Shown one piece after another: positions 11,071 through 20,678 of a stretch of DNA of 64,000 nt. Positions within the stretch are counted from its first letter, which is position 1. Every line of letters starts with the position of its first letter. The stretch is taken from contig JANPLU010000112.1 of the NCBI GenBank assembly GCA_031422435.1, positions 52,481-116,480 of the forward strand, in the 5' to 3' direction. Both the position numbers and the translations under genes were made by a program. The notes beneath the pieces were generated by a model, which was not told the origin of the DNA, searched no databases, and saw only the letters and a list, made by a program, of their open reading frames with translations. Source of the stretch: Acaryochloridaceae cyanobacterium VAR_48_metabat_390. GTDB lineage: Bacteria > Cyanobacteriota > Cyanobacteriia > Thermosynechococcales > Thermosynechococcaceae.

Positions 11071-11252
11071 GTTTTATAGCATTAAAGTGTGACAAGGATT
11101 AGAGAGCTAGCTCAATGTTAAGGGAAGCCATGCGCAGGCTTTAGGTTGTGCTTTCACAACCTAAGTCATGCTGAAGCGACTCATATACAATTAATGTGGA
11201 CAAAAGGTAACGAATCTGAACCTGCTTAGCAAAGGCGCTCTATAACTGGCTT

Positions 11253-13478
11253 ATGTCTTACCCCCTCCACGTCGCATTTATCTGGCATCAACATCAGCCC
11301 CTCTACAAAAGCTGTATTACCGGACAGTATCATCTGCCCTGGGTGCGTCTGCATGGGGTCAAAGACTATCTAGACCTAATCCTGCTGCTCGAAAAGTATC
11401 CCAAACTGCACCAGACCGTGAACCTTGTGCCGTCCCTGATGCTGCAAATCGAAGATTATGTTGAAGGCAAAGCGATCGATCCTTACCTCGCGGCAACCCT
11501 CACCCCGCCCGATCAGTTTACCCAGGCGCAAAAAGAATTCACCATTCATCACTTTTTTGATGCCCAGCACCACACCCTCATTGACCCCCACCCACGCTAC
11601 GCCCAGCTCTATAGCCAGCGCCAAGACAAAGGCGAAGCCTGGTGTCTCCAAAACTGGGATATGCAGGACTACGGTGACCTACTGGCTTGGCATAACCTGG
11701 CCTGGATTGACCCGCTGTTTTGGGATGACCCCGAAGTGGCGCAGTGGCTCGCGCAAGACCGCAACTTTAGCCTGAGCGATCGCCAGCGTATCATCGCCAA
11801 ACACCGCCAAATCCTGAGCCGCATTTTGCCCCAGCATCGCAAAATGCAGGAGAGCGGACAGCTAGAGGTCACAACCACACCCTATACCCATCCCATTTTG
11901 CCGCTGTTGGCAGATACCCAGTCCGGTCGAGTGGCAGTACCCCAAATGCAGTTGCCCCAGCATCGGTTTGAGTGGAAAGAAGATATCCCGCGCCATCTCA
12001 AGAAAGCCTGGAAGATGTACGAAGAGCGGTTTGGCTGTACGCCAAGAGGTCTATGGCCTTCAGAGCAGTCCGTCAGCCCCAGCATTTTGCCCTATGTGGC
12101 AGAGCAGGGCTTCCAGTGGCTGTGTTCTGATGAAGCAGTTCTGGGCTGGACGCTTAAGCACTTCTTTCATCGAGATGAGCATGGCAATGTCTATGAGCCG
12201 GAGCTAATGTATCAGCCCTATCGTCTAGAAACCCCTCAAGGCGATCTGGCGATCGTCTTCCGCGATCACCGTCTTTCGGATTTGGTGGGCTTTACCTACA
12301 GCGCTATGAACCCTCATGCCGCCGCCTCGGACTTGATTGGGCACCTCAAGGCGATCGACCATTCCCTTCAGGCCAGACATAAAGACGAAGATGTCGATCA
12401 GCCCTGGCTTGTCACCATTGCCCTAGATGGCGAAAACTGCTGGGAGTTCTATGAAAAAGACGGCATTCCGTTTTTAGAGAGCCTATATAGCCAACTGAGC
12501 GATCGCGAAGACATTAAGCTGGTAACGGTCTCTGAACACCTTGCCAAATATCCACTCCGTAAGACGTTACCCGCCAATCAGCTCCACAGCGGCTCGTGGG
12601 TAGACGGCAGCTTTACCACCTGGATCGGCGATCCGGTCAAAAACCGCGCTTGGGATCTGCTCACCGAGGCACGACAGACCCTAGCCAATCACCCTGAAGC
12701 CACTGAAGAAGCGAACCCTGCCGCCTGGGAAGCCCTTTACGCCGCCGAAGGGTCGGATTGGTTTTGGTGGTTTGGGGAAGGACATTCTTCTAACCAAGAT
12801 GCCATCTTTGACCTGCTGTTTCGAGAACACCTGTTTGCCATCTATAGCGCCCTGGGCGAAACGCCCCCCGAAGCGCTGCGCCACCCCCTAGAGCGCCATG
12901 AAGAAAAGCAAGACCATCGTCCTCAAAGCTTTATTCACCCCATCATTAACGGGATGGGCGATGAGCAAGATTGGGATCACGCCGGACGCATTACGGTAGC
13001 AGGAGCGCGGGGCACCATGCACCGCAGCAGCCCCATTCAGCGCCTATGGTATGGCTTAGATCACCTCAACTTCTATTTCCGCTTTGATTTTCAGGCAGGC
13101 AAACAGCTTGGGACAGATATTCCGCCAGAGCTGCATCTGTTTTGGTACTACCCTGGTCAAACCATGCACAACAGTCCCATGCCCCTAACCGGACTGCCGC
13201 AGACTGCCCCTGTGAACTATAACTTCCGGCATCACGTTGGGGTAAATTTAGTAAATGGCGCAGTTTGGATGGAAGAGGCAGGGGACTATCAGCAGTGGGA
13301 AGGGCGATCGCACCAAGTCCAGATGGGTCTGAAGGACTGTATTGAAATTGCTGTGCCCTGGTCTGACCTGCATGTGCAGCCAGACTGGCCGTTGGAGGTG
13401 TTAGCAGTTTTATCCCATGACGGTCAGTTTGTAGAATACCTGCCAGAAGATGCGCTGATTCCGCTTCAGGTGCCATAA
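11253..13478 (+). CDS. Glycoside hydrolase family 57 protein
   Basis: WHQHQP, PYTHPILPL, GLWPSEQ, ALDGENCWE and AEGSDWFWW motifs. Confidence 0.93.
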   Translation: MSYPLHVAFIWHQHQPLYKSCITGQYHLPWVRLHGVKDYLDLILLLEKYPKLHQTVNLVPSLMLQIEDYVEGKAIDPYLAATLTPPDQFTQAQKEFTIHHFFDAQHHTLIDPHPRYAQLYSQRQDKGEAWCLQNWDMQDYGDLLAWHNLAWIDPLFWDDPEVAQWLAQDRNFSLSDRQRIIAKHRQILSRILPQHRKMQESGQLEVTTTPYTHPILPLLADTQSGRVAVPQMQLPQHRFEWKEDIPRHLKKAWKMYEERFGCTPRGLWPSEQSVSPSILPYVAEQGFQWLCSDEAVLGWTLKHFFHRDEHGNVYEPELMYQPYRLETPQGDLAIVFRDHRLSDLVGFTYSAMNPHAAASDLIGHLKAIDHSLQARHKDEDVDQPWLVTIALDGENCWEFYEKDGIPFLESLYSQLSDREDIKLVTVSEHLAKYPLRKTLPANQLHSGSWVDGSFTTWIGDPVKNRAWDLLTEARQTLANHPEATEEANPAAWEALYAAEGSDWFWWFGEGHSSNQDAIFDLLFREHLFAIYSALGETPPEALRHPLERHEEKQDHRPQSFIHPIINGMGDEQDWDHAGRITVAGARGTMHRSSPIQRLWYGLDHLNFYFRFDFQAGKQLGTDIPPELHLFWYYPGQTMHNSPMPLTGLPQTAPVNYNFRHHVGVNLVNGAVWMEEAGDYQQWEGRSHQVQMGLKDCIEIAVPWSDLHVQPDWPLEVLAVLSHDGQFVEYLPEDALIPLQVP

Positions 13479-13503
13479 TTTTGGGAGTTTACGGTCTTAA
13501 TTT

Positions 13504-14637
13504 ATGATGCCTTGGAATCTCCCTGTGGCTTTTGTGGGCGTATCGGCGGCTTCAGTTGTCGTTAGCAGCCTTGCACCTGCTGTCGCGTTGAGCAGTGCGG
13601 AGGTCAATAAGATTGCCCGAAGCGTAACGGTTCGCGTTGTGAGTGCGAGTGGAACAGGCTCAGGGGTGCTGATTCGCAAAGAAGGTAAGACCTATACGCT
13701 GCTGACGTCAGCTCATGTATTGCCCAATAAAACTGCCGCCGCCGCCACCTACGAGGTGATTACCCCCGATGGTCAGCGCTACAGCTTAGACCGTAGCTCT
13801 ATTAAGGCTCAGGCTAATATAGATCTGGCGATCGCTCAGTTTGTGAGTTCTCAGTCTTACGCTGTGGCGAAGCTGAGTGATGCGGTGGTAACAGAAGGCA
13901 ACCCCAGCTATGTGGCGGGGTTCCCTGCAAAAACGGCTGCACTCACAGAGTCTATTTACAGTTTTACAAAAGGTGAGATTACGGCTGCGCCTTTACAGCC
14001 CTTTAAGGATGGCTACGGGCTGGTCTATACCAACACCACGCTGCCAGGTATGAGCGGTGGCCCTATTCTTAATGCGGATGGTGCCTTAATTGGCATTCAT
14101 GGACGAGCGGATGCCAAAACGGAACTTCAAGATCAGTTGCTTAACCCTCAAATTTATGTCAAGTCTGGCGTAAACCTGGGGATTCCGGTCAATGCGGTAT
14201 TTAGCTTAGTGCCGAAGGCAAAACTAACCATTGCCGCTGCCTCATCCACTACCGTTAGTTCAGCGCAAGATCGGTCACTCATTAATGACTTGATGGCGCA
14301 GTCTAACTTTAAGATGCGACAAAATGATGTGGTGGGGGCGATCGCCGCCCTAGATCAAGTGGTGCGTCTAGACCCCAATAACATTGAGGCATACAATGAG
14401 CGCGGCTCTTTGTATATGATGCGGCGTGATTTTTTGGCGGCAGTGACAGATTTTCGGCAAACGGTGCAGCTCGATCCTAATTTTGCGGGGGGCTATTATA
14501 ACCAGGGTGTTGCCTATCTGCGCAGCGGTAGCCCTCGTGAGGCGCAAGCCAATTTCAAAAAGGCGGCTGAGCTATTTAAGGTGCTAGGGAATACTCCCAT
14601 GTACAAAAAGACGCTGCAAGAGCTTAAGGGTTTCTAA
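13504..14637 (+). CDS. Trypsin-like serine protease with TPR repeats
   Basis: TSAHV, DLA and PGMSGGP catalytic triad; C-terminal TPRs. Confidence 0.88.
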   Translation: MMPWNLPVAFVGVSAASVVVSSLAPAVALSSAEVNKIARSVTVRVVSASGTGSGVLIRKEGKTYTLLTSAHVLPNKTAAAATYEVITPDGQRYSLDRSSIKAQANIDLAIAQFVSSQSYAVAKLSDAVVTEGNPSYVAGFPAKTAALTESIYSFTKGEITAAPLQPFKDGYGLVYTNTTLPGMSGGPILNADGALIGIHGRADAKTELQDQLLNPQIYVKSGVNLGIPVNAVFSLVPKAKLTIAAASSTTVSSAQDRSLINDLMAQSNFKMRQNDVVGAIAALDQVVRLDPNNIEAYNERGSLYMMRRDFLAAVTDFRQTVQLDPNFAGGYYNQGVAYLRSGSPREAQANFKKAAELFKVLGNTPMYKKTLQELKGF

Positions 14638-14773
14638 ACATCGCGTTAAGGTATTGCTTTCTCAATCATGGAGAAAGTCAAACTGCGATCGCACTGCAGT
14701 TTATAGCTAAAAGCATCTCAGCTCACCGATCGGGTCATTTTTTAACCAAACGGTTCACGACCAAAACCGTGAT

Positions 14774-15439
14774 TTACGCTGATTGCGTGTCTTGAGTTTG
14801 TTCTCGAATAACGGCGCTCCAGTTGTCGTTTTCTACAGCGGCTTCTAGCGCCTGCTGTCGCTCTGTATCGGTTTGAGCTATTTCGTGGTGCAGGGTACCG
14901 TCTGCCATCGCCCGCCGAAGCTTTAGTTTTTTCGCTTCATAGGCTTCGCGCTCTACGGGAGACATAGTTTGGCTGGCAGCATCTTTAACGGTGCCAGCCC
15001 AAGTCCCGCTGGTATCTGCATTGCCTAACGGGACTTGAGGAAGTTCTGCAATCCAAGCATCTCGAAGCTGTTCCATTTCTTCTCGTTTAGGGAACTTGAA
15101 GGGTTGGACTTTTACAAAAGCGCAAGTTTGCTCACCATGCTGAGCAAGATGGCTTTTAAGGGAAAGAGAAACATTACGAGAGTAGCCAACATATTGGGTT
15201 TGGCGCTTATGATTCAGCACGGCATAGACTCCGGCTACTTTGGCCTCGGCGGTATCTGCACACCAGGTTTCAAGGGTAGTAACAGCACTCTCTGAATTGA
15301 TTTCTATAGCGGGTGCTTCAGGTGCTGCTACAGAATGCTCATCTTCGGAGCTGTACAGAAAATCGTGCAGACCACGATGCGCCTGAGGGACGTTTTGATG
15401 CTCGACAGAGGTTGAGTGGTTGGTGGTCACTTGCAGCAC
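14774..15439 (-). CDS. GIY-YIG nuclease-like protein
   Basis: GVYAV...QYVGYSRN motif. Confidence 0.75.
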   Translation of the reverse strand: MLQVTTNHSTSVEHQNVPQAHRGLHDFLYSSEDEHSVAAPEAPAIEINSESAVTTLETWCADTAEAKVAGVYAVLNHKRQTQYVGYSRNVSLSLKSHLAQHGEQTCAFVKVQPFKFPKREEMEQLRDAWIAELPQVPLGNADTSGTWAGTVKDAASQTMSPVEREAYEAKKLKLRRAMADGTLHHEIAQTDTERQQALEAAVENDNWSAVIREQTQDTQSA

Positions 15440-15661
15440 TCCAAAAATGGCTTTCGACTATTATCATCTGAAGAACACCCTGATAAATCAAGGATTAATG
15501 TAGAAACAATATGAGCGCCAATATCAAGCTGGTACAAAAGAAACCAGTACCCCTGAAGCGGATACGCTGAAAAAGTTGGCAATATTAGTAGAGCAATACA
15601 AAGAAATTCCTTTCCCAATGGGCTTGCCCGATCTGATTGAGCACACTAACTTTCGGCAGTA

Positions 15662-15792
15662 ACGAAATGGATGAAGCGAGCGGTAGTGGATGGCTTCAGC
15701 TCAGCGGTAAAGATGAAGTTGAGGGGCTAATCAAATTTCATGGGGGCGGTCAATCTACGTTTAAAGCCCGTAAAGCTGACTGACGATGGATT
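15662..15792 (+). repeat. 131-bp direct repeat, copy 1 (3' fragment of ORF 17259..17621)
   Basis: Matches 17500..17630 with 12 mismatches by manual alignment. Confidence 0.92.
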
Positions 15793-15876
15793 ATTGGTGA
15801 GAGGAAAGGATGATCGCACCTTGACGCTATGCAATTGCCTCGTCAGATAGAAAATCATTAGCCGTAAATCTCTCCA

Positions 15877-16212
15877 TCAAGCTACGCCATAACCCGTTAG
15901 AGGGCGCTTATAGGGTGGATGCAATCCCAAAACAATATCTTCCTTCAGTACTCCCATATCCACTAAGTCCTGCGCTAAATCAGCCTCTGTCATATTGCGC
16001 TGAATCCAGAGTTTACTATCCTTAATATCAATATGAATAAAACAGTTATAGACCCGCTTCAGCCCATCCCAACCCACATCTAAAAGTTGATAATGATCGT
16101 GCTCAGTATCGAATACAACCTGACACTCAACGTCTGACCGATTAGAAACTAATACAGCATGAGAATTTAACAACCTACGGATTAATTCTCGATATTGCGT
16201 CATTCGTTCCAT
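15877..16212 (-). CDS. xisI: XisI family protein
   Basis: FDTEHDHYQL, HIDIKDSKLWIQ and DIVLGLHPPYKRP...YGVA motifs. Confidence 0.92.
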   Translation of the reverse strand: MERMTQYRELIRRLLNSHAVLVSNRSDVECQVVFDTEHDHYQLLDVGWDGLKRVYNCFIHIDIKDSKLWIQRNMTEADLAQDLVDMGVLKEDIVLGLHPPYKRPLTGYGVA

Positions 16213-16445
16213 AACTGCCCCAGTGCAGCATGAAAATCTGAAATCACAGAAGGATTCAGAAAGCTCTTAATTTCAACCGCGATTCTACGTCCGTTTCGTT
16301 CCGCTGCGAATACTCTCTCTGCTGCCAGATCAATTTTAAACGTAACCCTTTCAATTTTGATCACCGGCGGATCTGCTGTGATTGTCCACTGTTCTTTCAG
16401 AAGCGCTTGTCTAACAACATCATGAAATAAATCTTTGGCTGCCAT
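16200..16445 (-). pseudogene. xisH: XisH family protein with internal deletion
   Basis: MAAKDLFH...IAVEIKSF...DFHAALGQ is joined directly to the C-terminal LWNE. 81 aa versus about 135-140 typical. Confidence 0.8.
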
Positions 16446-16516
16446 GTTTCAAACCCTTAGATCTAACTGACAATGGATGCTGTCAAACATAGCAATTCTA
16501 TCCATAGGAGGACAAA

Positions 16517-16831
16517 TTATGCAGAAGTAGCAATAATCTGCCCAATTTCTTGAGGGCTAGCACCAGTCGCCAACATTGCTCGGATTAGCAATTCAATTGA
16601 AACCGAAGAGTCGCCATTTTCAGCCATTGCCACTCGTGGCTGACTAGAGCTGATTTTAGTCGCTAACTCTGCTTGAGTCATCAATGATTTACGCCGCTCT
16701 TTTAGACCACGACTTAATGCAAGCCGCATCACGATAATCATAGTTTCTTCGGGCGTGAGTTCTAGAAAATCTGCTGCGTCGCCAATTTTCCAACCTTGTG
16801 CTTCTAATCGTTGTTGCTTTTTACTATCCAT
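16517..16831 (-). CDS. XRE-family HTH antitoxin (HigA-like)
   Basis: MTQAELATKISSSQPRVAMAE helix-turn-helix; downstream of a RelE-like toxin gene. Confidence 0.85.
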   Translation of the reverse strand: MDSKKQQRLEAQGWKIGDAADFLELTPEETMIIVMRLALSRGLKERRKSLMTQAELATKISSSQPRVAMAENGDSSVSIELLIRAMLATGASPQEIGQIIATSA

Positions 16832-16834
16832 GTT

Positions 16835-17176
16835 CTATTTCTGATGATCTTGTTCATATCGAGCTAGTCGTTTTTGACAAATCTCAATCACGGGCTTAGG
16901 CGTAGTTCTCGTCGTTTTACTAAAAACCTCAACAACCACAATCACATCATCATCAATTCGGTAAATGATTTGCCAAATTTTGTCTTGATCGCGGACTCGT
17001 AGCTCATGGCAGTGGCTGCCAATACTGGGCATGGGACGAGAGTGTGGCAGTCCCAGATTTTCGCCTTGCTGAAGTTGACGAAGGAGGAATCCAGCCTCAA
17101 TTCTGGCAGCAGTACTAAAGGGTGGAGTTTTGACCTCGCTGTGCAGCCATACAAAAGGTTTTCTAATTTAATCCAT
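16835..17176 (-). pseudogene. RelE/HigB (Gp49-like) toxin with nonsense codon at position 3
   Basis: ATG GAT TAA, then in-frame IRKPFVWLHSEVKTPPFS...PHSRPMPSIG...CHELRVRD...KTTRTTP. Confidence 0.85.
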
Positions 17177-17258
17177 ACCTTTTTTATATCATATTTGATA
17201 TATTATCGACACGGGTATGATGTTTCCAATGGTGCAATGATATGAGGGCATTTCATAG

Positions 17259-17621
17259 ATGGTTGTTGTAATGCGATACGAAAGACCGGAGCATAACCAT
17301 TCCCTTATTGGGTTGTGGCACATCTACGAAATGGACATGTGGAATGAAGACTACTTCAATATGGAAACCCAAGCCTATATTGAAATCACCCCCACAAATG
17401 GTGGAGAGTTCCAGTTCGGGTTAGTCACGAGTGCCATTGATGGCTATCTCGAAGACAGCAATGGCAAAGCGCGTTTCATCTTTACTTGGGATGGGTCTGA
17501 CGAGATGGATGAAACGAGCGGTAGTGGATGGCTTCAGCTCAGCGGCAAAGATGAAGTGGAGGGGCTAATCAAATTTCATGGGGGCGATCGCTCTACCTTC
17601 AAAGCCCGAAAAGCTGATTGA
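17259..17621 (+). CDS. Conserved hypothetical beta-rich protein
   Basis: GLWHIYEMDMW...GEFQFG...FTWDGSDEMD...GSGW motifs. Confidence 0.75.
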   Translation: MVVVMRYERPEHNHSLIGLWHIYEMDMWNEDYFNMETQAYIEITPTNGGEFQFGLVTSAIDGYLEDSNGKARFIFTWDGSDEMDETSGSGWLQLSGKDEVEGLIKFHGGDRSTFKARKAD

Positions 17622-17630
17622 CGATAGATT
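17500..17630 (+). repeat. 131-bp direct repeat, copy 2
   Basis: Matches 15662..15792. Confidence 0.92.
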
Positions 17631-17730
17631 CTGGGGTGCAAGGAACGATCAATCTTCCCAGCGCAAGACTGAGCAGTGGAACCCCTCGTGCCTACAATAA
17701 GTGGACGGGTCAAAACAGAGGAGGCTGCTT

Positions 17731-19362
17731 ATGGAGAATCTCAACCCTATCGCCCAAAAGCCTAGGGCTGCGATATTGAAATGGATTGTGATAGTTCTCC
17801 TCTGCGTGGGCATTCTGTTTCGATTTAGCAATCTAGGTCAAAAAGTTTATTGGCACGATGAAGTTTTCACCTCACTGGAGGCTACAGCCCATACGGGTTC
17901 AGAACTTACTTCAAAAATGTTTAACGGGCAGCTAAGAGCGCCTTCAGAATTATTAAGCTATCAACGTATCGATCCAGCTCGAACCATCCCCCAACTCATT
18001 TTTGGAATCGGTAGTGAAGATCCTCAACATCCGCCTTTGTTTTATGTACTGATGCATTTTTGGATGCGCTGTTGGGGATCTTCAATCGTTGCGACGCGAA
18101 GCCTTGCCGCAGTTTTGAGCCTGCTGGTATTTCCGGCGATGTATTGGCTGTGCCGAGAATTATTTGAATCGCCAGCGGTAGCCTGGATTGCGATCGCCCT
18201 TTTAGCCATCTCACCCATCCATATGGTGTATGCCCAGGAGGCACGGGAGTACAGCCTGCTCACCGCCCTAACGCTGTTTAGTAGTGCGGCATTGCTTGCA
18301 GCCATGCGGCTTAATCAATGGCAAAACTGGGTGCTGTATGGCGCAACATTAATTTTGGCCTTTTATACCTCCGTATTTTCGGCACTTGTGGCCTTTGGGC
18401 ACGGCATTTTTTTAGTCTGCACCCAGCCGATGAGGATCCGCCAGATCCAGGATGGATTTCAAATACAGTGGCAAGTCAGCAAACGTGCAGTGTATTTTTT
18501 GATGACAGGGGCGATCTCTGTTGTTGCGTTTGCGCCTTGGCTCTATTTTCTCAAAACCTATGCTGCAACGCTTAAAGCTTCGGCGGGGTGGGTCGGGGTT
18601 TCTGTCCCTGTTTCTGTAGGCTTCAAGATGTGGATATTGAACCTGACCCGTGTTTTTCTGGACACCGACACAAATTTATCGGCAGTCAATATAAATCTAA
18701 ACGGATTTATCTTTTTTTTGATTATTTTATTAGAAATTTATGCATTTTATTTTTTGATCAAAAATGGAACGAAGTCTTCCAGGCTATTTATTCTGGCGCT
18801 ACTGCTGGGGACTTCTCTCCCCTTAATTTTGCCCGACATCTTATTGGGTGGGCAGCGGTCAACCGTAACACGGTATTTTCTGCCGTTTTTTCTGTGCTTA
18901 CAAATTGCAGTGGCTTATCTCATTTCTCAATTATTGTTTACCACTCAAAAGCGTTTAAGCTGTCTGATGGGAGTTGTTTTGTCGGCAGCATTAGTATTCT
19001 CAAGCATTTTTTCTTGCGGAATGCATTCGCAGGCGAATACCTGGTGGAATAAAATCATGAGCTACCACCACCCCAAAATTGCTCAAATTCTCAATAACAG
19101 CAGCCGCCCTATTTTAATCACCGATGCCTATGGATATAACCCCGCTAACGCTGTGTCCCTGAGCTACCTACTAAATGATACCGTCAAGCTAATGCTTGTA
19201 AAAGAAGTAGGCGTTTCTAAAGAAATTCCAATTCTTACAGATCTAAATCAGCTTATCTATTTACTCAATTTGCCAGACCTTTTTAGAAATGGATTTGAAG
19301 CAAAGTATGGAGGCAAATTTCAACTTGTTGTAGGAGAATTCTGGTTATGGAAACGGTCTTAA
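17731..19362 (+). CDS. GT-C fold membrane glycosyltransferase (GT39/PMT-like)
   Basis: YWHDE, HPPLFY and YAQEAREYSL motifs; multiple TM helices. Confidence 0.85.
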   Translation: MENLNPIAQKPRAAILKWIVIVLLCVGILFRFSNLGQKVYWHDEVFTSLEATAHTGSELTSKMFNGQLRAPSELLSYQRIDPARTIPQLIFGIGSEDPQHPPLFYVLMHFWMRCWGSSIVATRSLAAVLSLLVFPAMYWLCRELFESPAVAWIAIALLAISPIHMVYAQEAREYSLLTALTLFSSAALLAAMRLNQWQNWVLYGATLILAFYTSVFSALVAFGHGIFLVCTQPMRIRQIQDGFQIQWQVSKRAVYFLMTGAISVVAFAPWLYFLKTYAATLKASAGWVGVSVPVSVGFKMWILNLTRVFLDTDTNLSAVNINLNGFIFFLIILLEIYAFYFLIKNGTKSSRLFILALLLGTSLPLILPDILLGGQRSTVTRYFLPFFLCLQIAVAYLISQLLFTTQKRLSCLMGVVLSAALVFSSIFSCGMHSQANTWWNKIMSYHHPKIAQILNNSSRPILITDAYGYNPANAVSLSYLLNDTVKLMLVKEVGVSKEIPILTDLNQLIYLLNLPDLFRNGFEAKYGGKFQLVVGEFWLWKRS

Positions 19363-19375
19363 CCAAAATGCTGTA

Positions 19376-20605
19376 CTAAGATGCTGTTTGAAGCTGCCGA
19401 TTTAGAAATTTAAGAATAATTAGGCCAAGAGGAATGCTGCCCATTAACATCAACCAGTAGCCATTGGCTAAATCTTGGGGCTGATCCATTGCAGCACCGC
19501 CCAATGCTGGACCCACCAAAAAGCCAATCGCCCAACATTGAGAATTAAGTGAGAGATAGACCCCCCGTAAAGATTCCGGTGCCAAAGCAACCACTAGTGC
19601 AGAGGCAATAGGAGTGTAGCTCGCCATTGCGATCGCCATAATCCCCAGCGCCAACACCGCCCAAAGCAGACTACCGTCTGGTGCAACGCCACACACCCAA
19701 ATCAGCCCAAAGCCAAAGCCCCAAAAGACTGTTGAAATCATAAGTCCTTGGGCATAGGAGAACGGCTTTAACCAGCGCGCAATGGGGAGCTGAAGCAAAA
19801 TGGCTAACCCTAAGTGCCATGCAAATAAAGTACTGATGGTTAATTCACTAAACCCTAGCCCCTGACGGGCAAAGTTTTTGAAGTACAAAGGCAGGGTGCT
19901 ATTAATTTGAGCGAGGTAGGTAGTAATTAAAATATTGACGGCAATGTAGGTTAAAAATCGGCGATCGCCCAAAGCAATCTTCCAGCCTTTGAGTCCACTG
20001 TGCTGCTGTAGGTTGGGCTGAACCGTCTCGGTAATAAAAATGTAGAGAATGCCAAAAAAGATAAGAAAAGAGAGGCCATCAGCAATGAGTAGGGCGCGAT
20101 AGGCCTGTACCAAGGTAATTAAAATACCGCCTAAAACAACTCCTAAACCCAGCCCAATGCTGTCTGCAAGTCGCGTAATGGCGTAGGCTTCGCTGCGCTG
20201 TTCTAGGGGGCTAAGGTCTGCAACCATCGCTTCGGTGGCAGGCCAATATAGCCCTACCCCAAAGCCCATGAGCAGGTTGCCCAACACCAACGCAGTCAGG
20301 TCATTGGCAAACGCGAGGGCAAAGGAACCTAATGCCGATACAATCATGGCGATCAGCAAAATGCGCCGCCGCCCCCAGGCTGGCGAATCGCTGAGGGAGC
20401 CACCCCAAAAGCGACCTAACATGCCTGAAATAGACGCGCTGCCTAGAGCCGCCCCTACCACAGTGGCAGATAGCCCCACCTCATTAACAAAGAAAATGGG
20501 TAGATAAAATAGCGTAAATCCTGTCCCGATCTGCGAGAGCAGTCGCCCCGCCGCTAAAATCCAGATTGTGCGGTTGAGGTTAGGGAGCCAGCGCAGCCAG
20601 TTCAA
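19376..20605 (-). CDS. MFS transporter
   Basis: About 12 TM helices; GSLSDSPAWGRR motif A. Confidence 0.9.
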   Translation of the reverse strand: MNWLRWLPNLNRTIWILAAGRLLSQIGTGFTLFYLPIFFVNEVGLSATVVGAALGSASISGMLGRFWGGSLSDSPAWGRRRILLIAMIVSALGSFALAFANDLTALVLGNLLMGFGVGLYWPATEAMVADLSPLEQRSEAYAITRLADSIGLGLGVVLGGILITLVQAYRALLIADGLSFLIFFGILYIFITETVQPNLQQHSGLKGWKIALGDRRFLTYIAVNILITTYLAQINSTLPLYFKNFARQGLGFSELTISTLFAWHLGLAILLQLPIARWLKPFSYAQGLMISTVFWGFGFGLIWVCGVAPDGSLLWAVLALGIMAIAMASYTPIASALVVALAPESLRGVYLSLNSQCWAIGFLVGPALGGAAMDQPQDLANGYWLMLMGSIPLGLIILKFLNRQLQTAS

Positions 20606-20678
20606 AAGATATTTCTCCTAAAAGGTGTAAAAGGTCACTGTTTCGCTACGCTAATGTTTAGATCTTTAGGACTGTGCC

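Noticed and set aside
16446..16516. Possible attC between the antitoxin gene and xisH (GTTAGAT, ATGGAT/ATCCAT)
   Set aside because: R'' box and spacing fit poorly; too weak to call.
16942..17245. Short ORFs 16942..17154 and 17006..17245
   Set aside because: Alternative frames over the toxin pseudogene.
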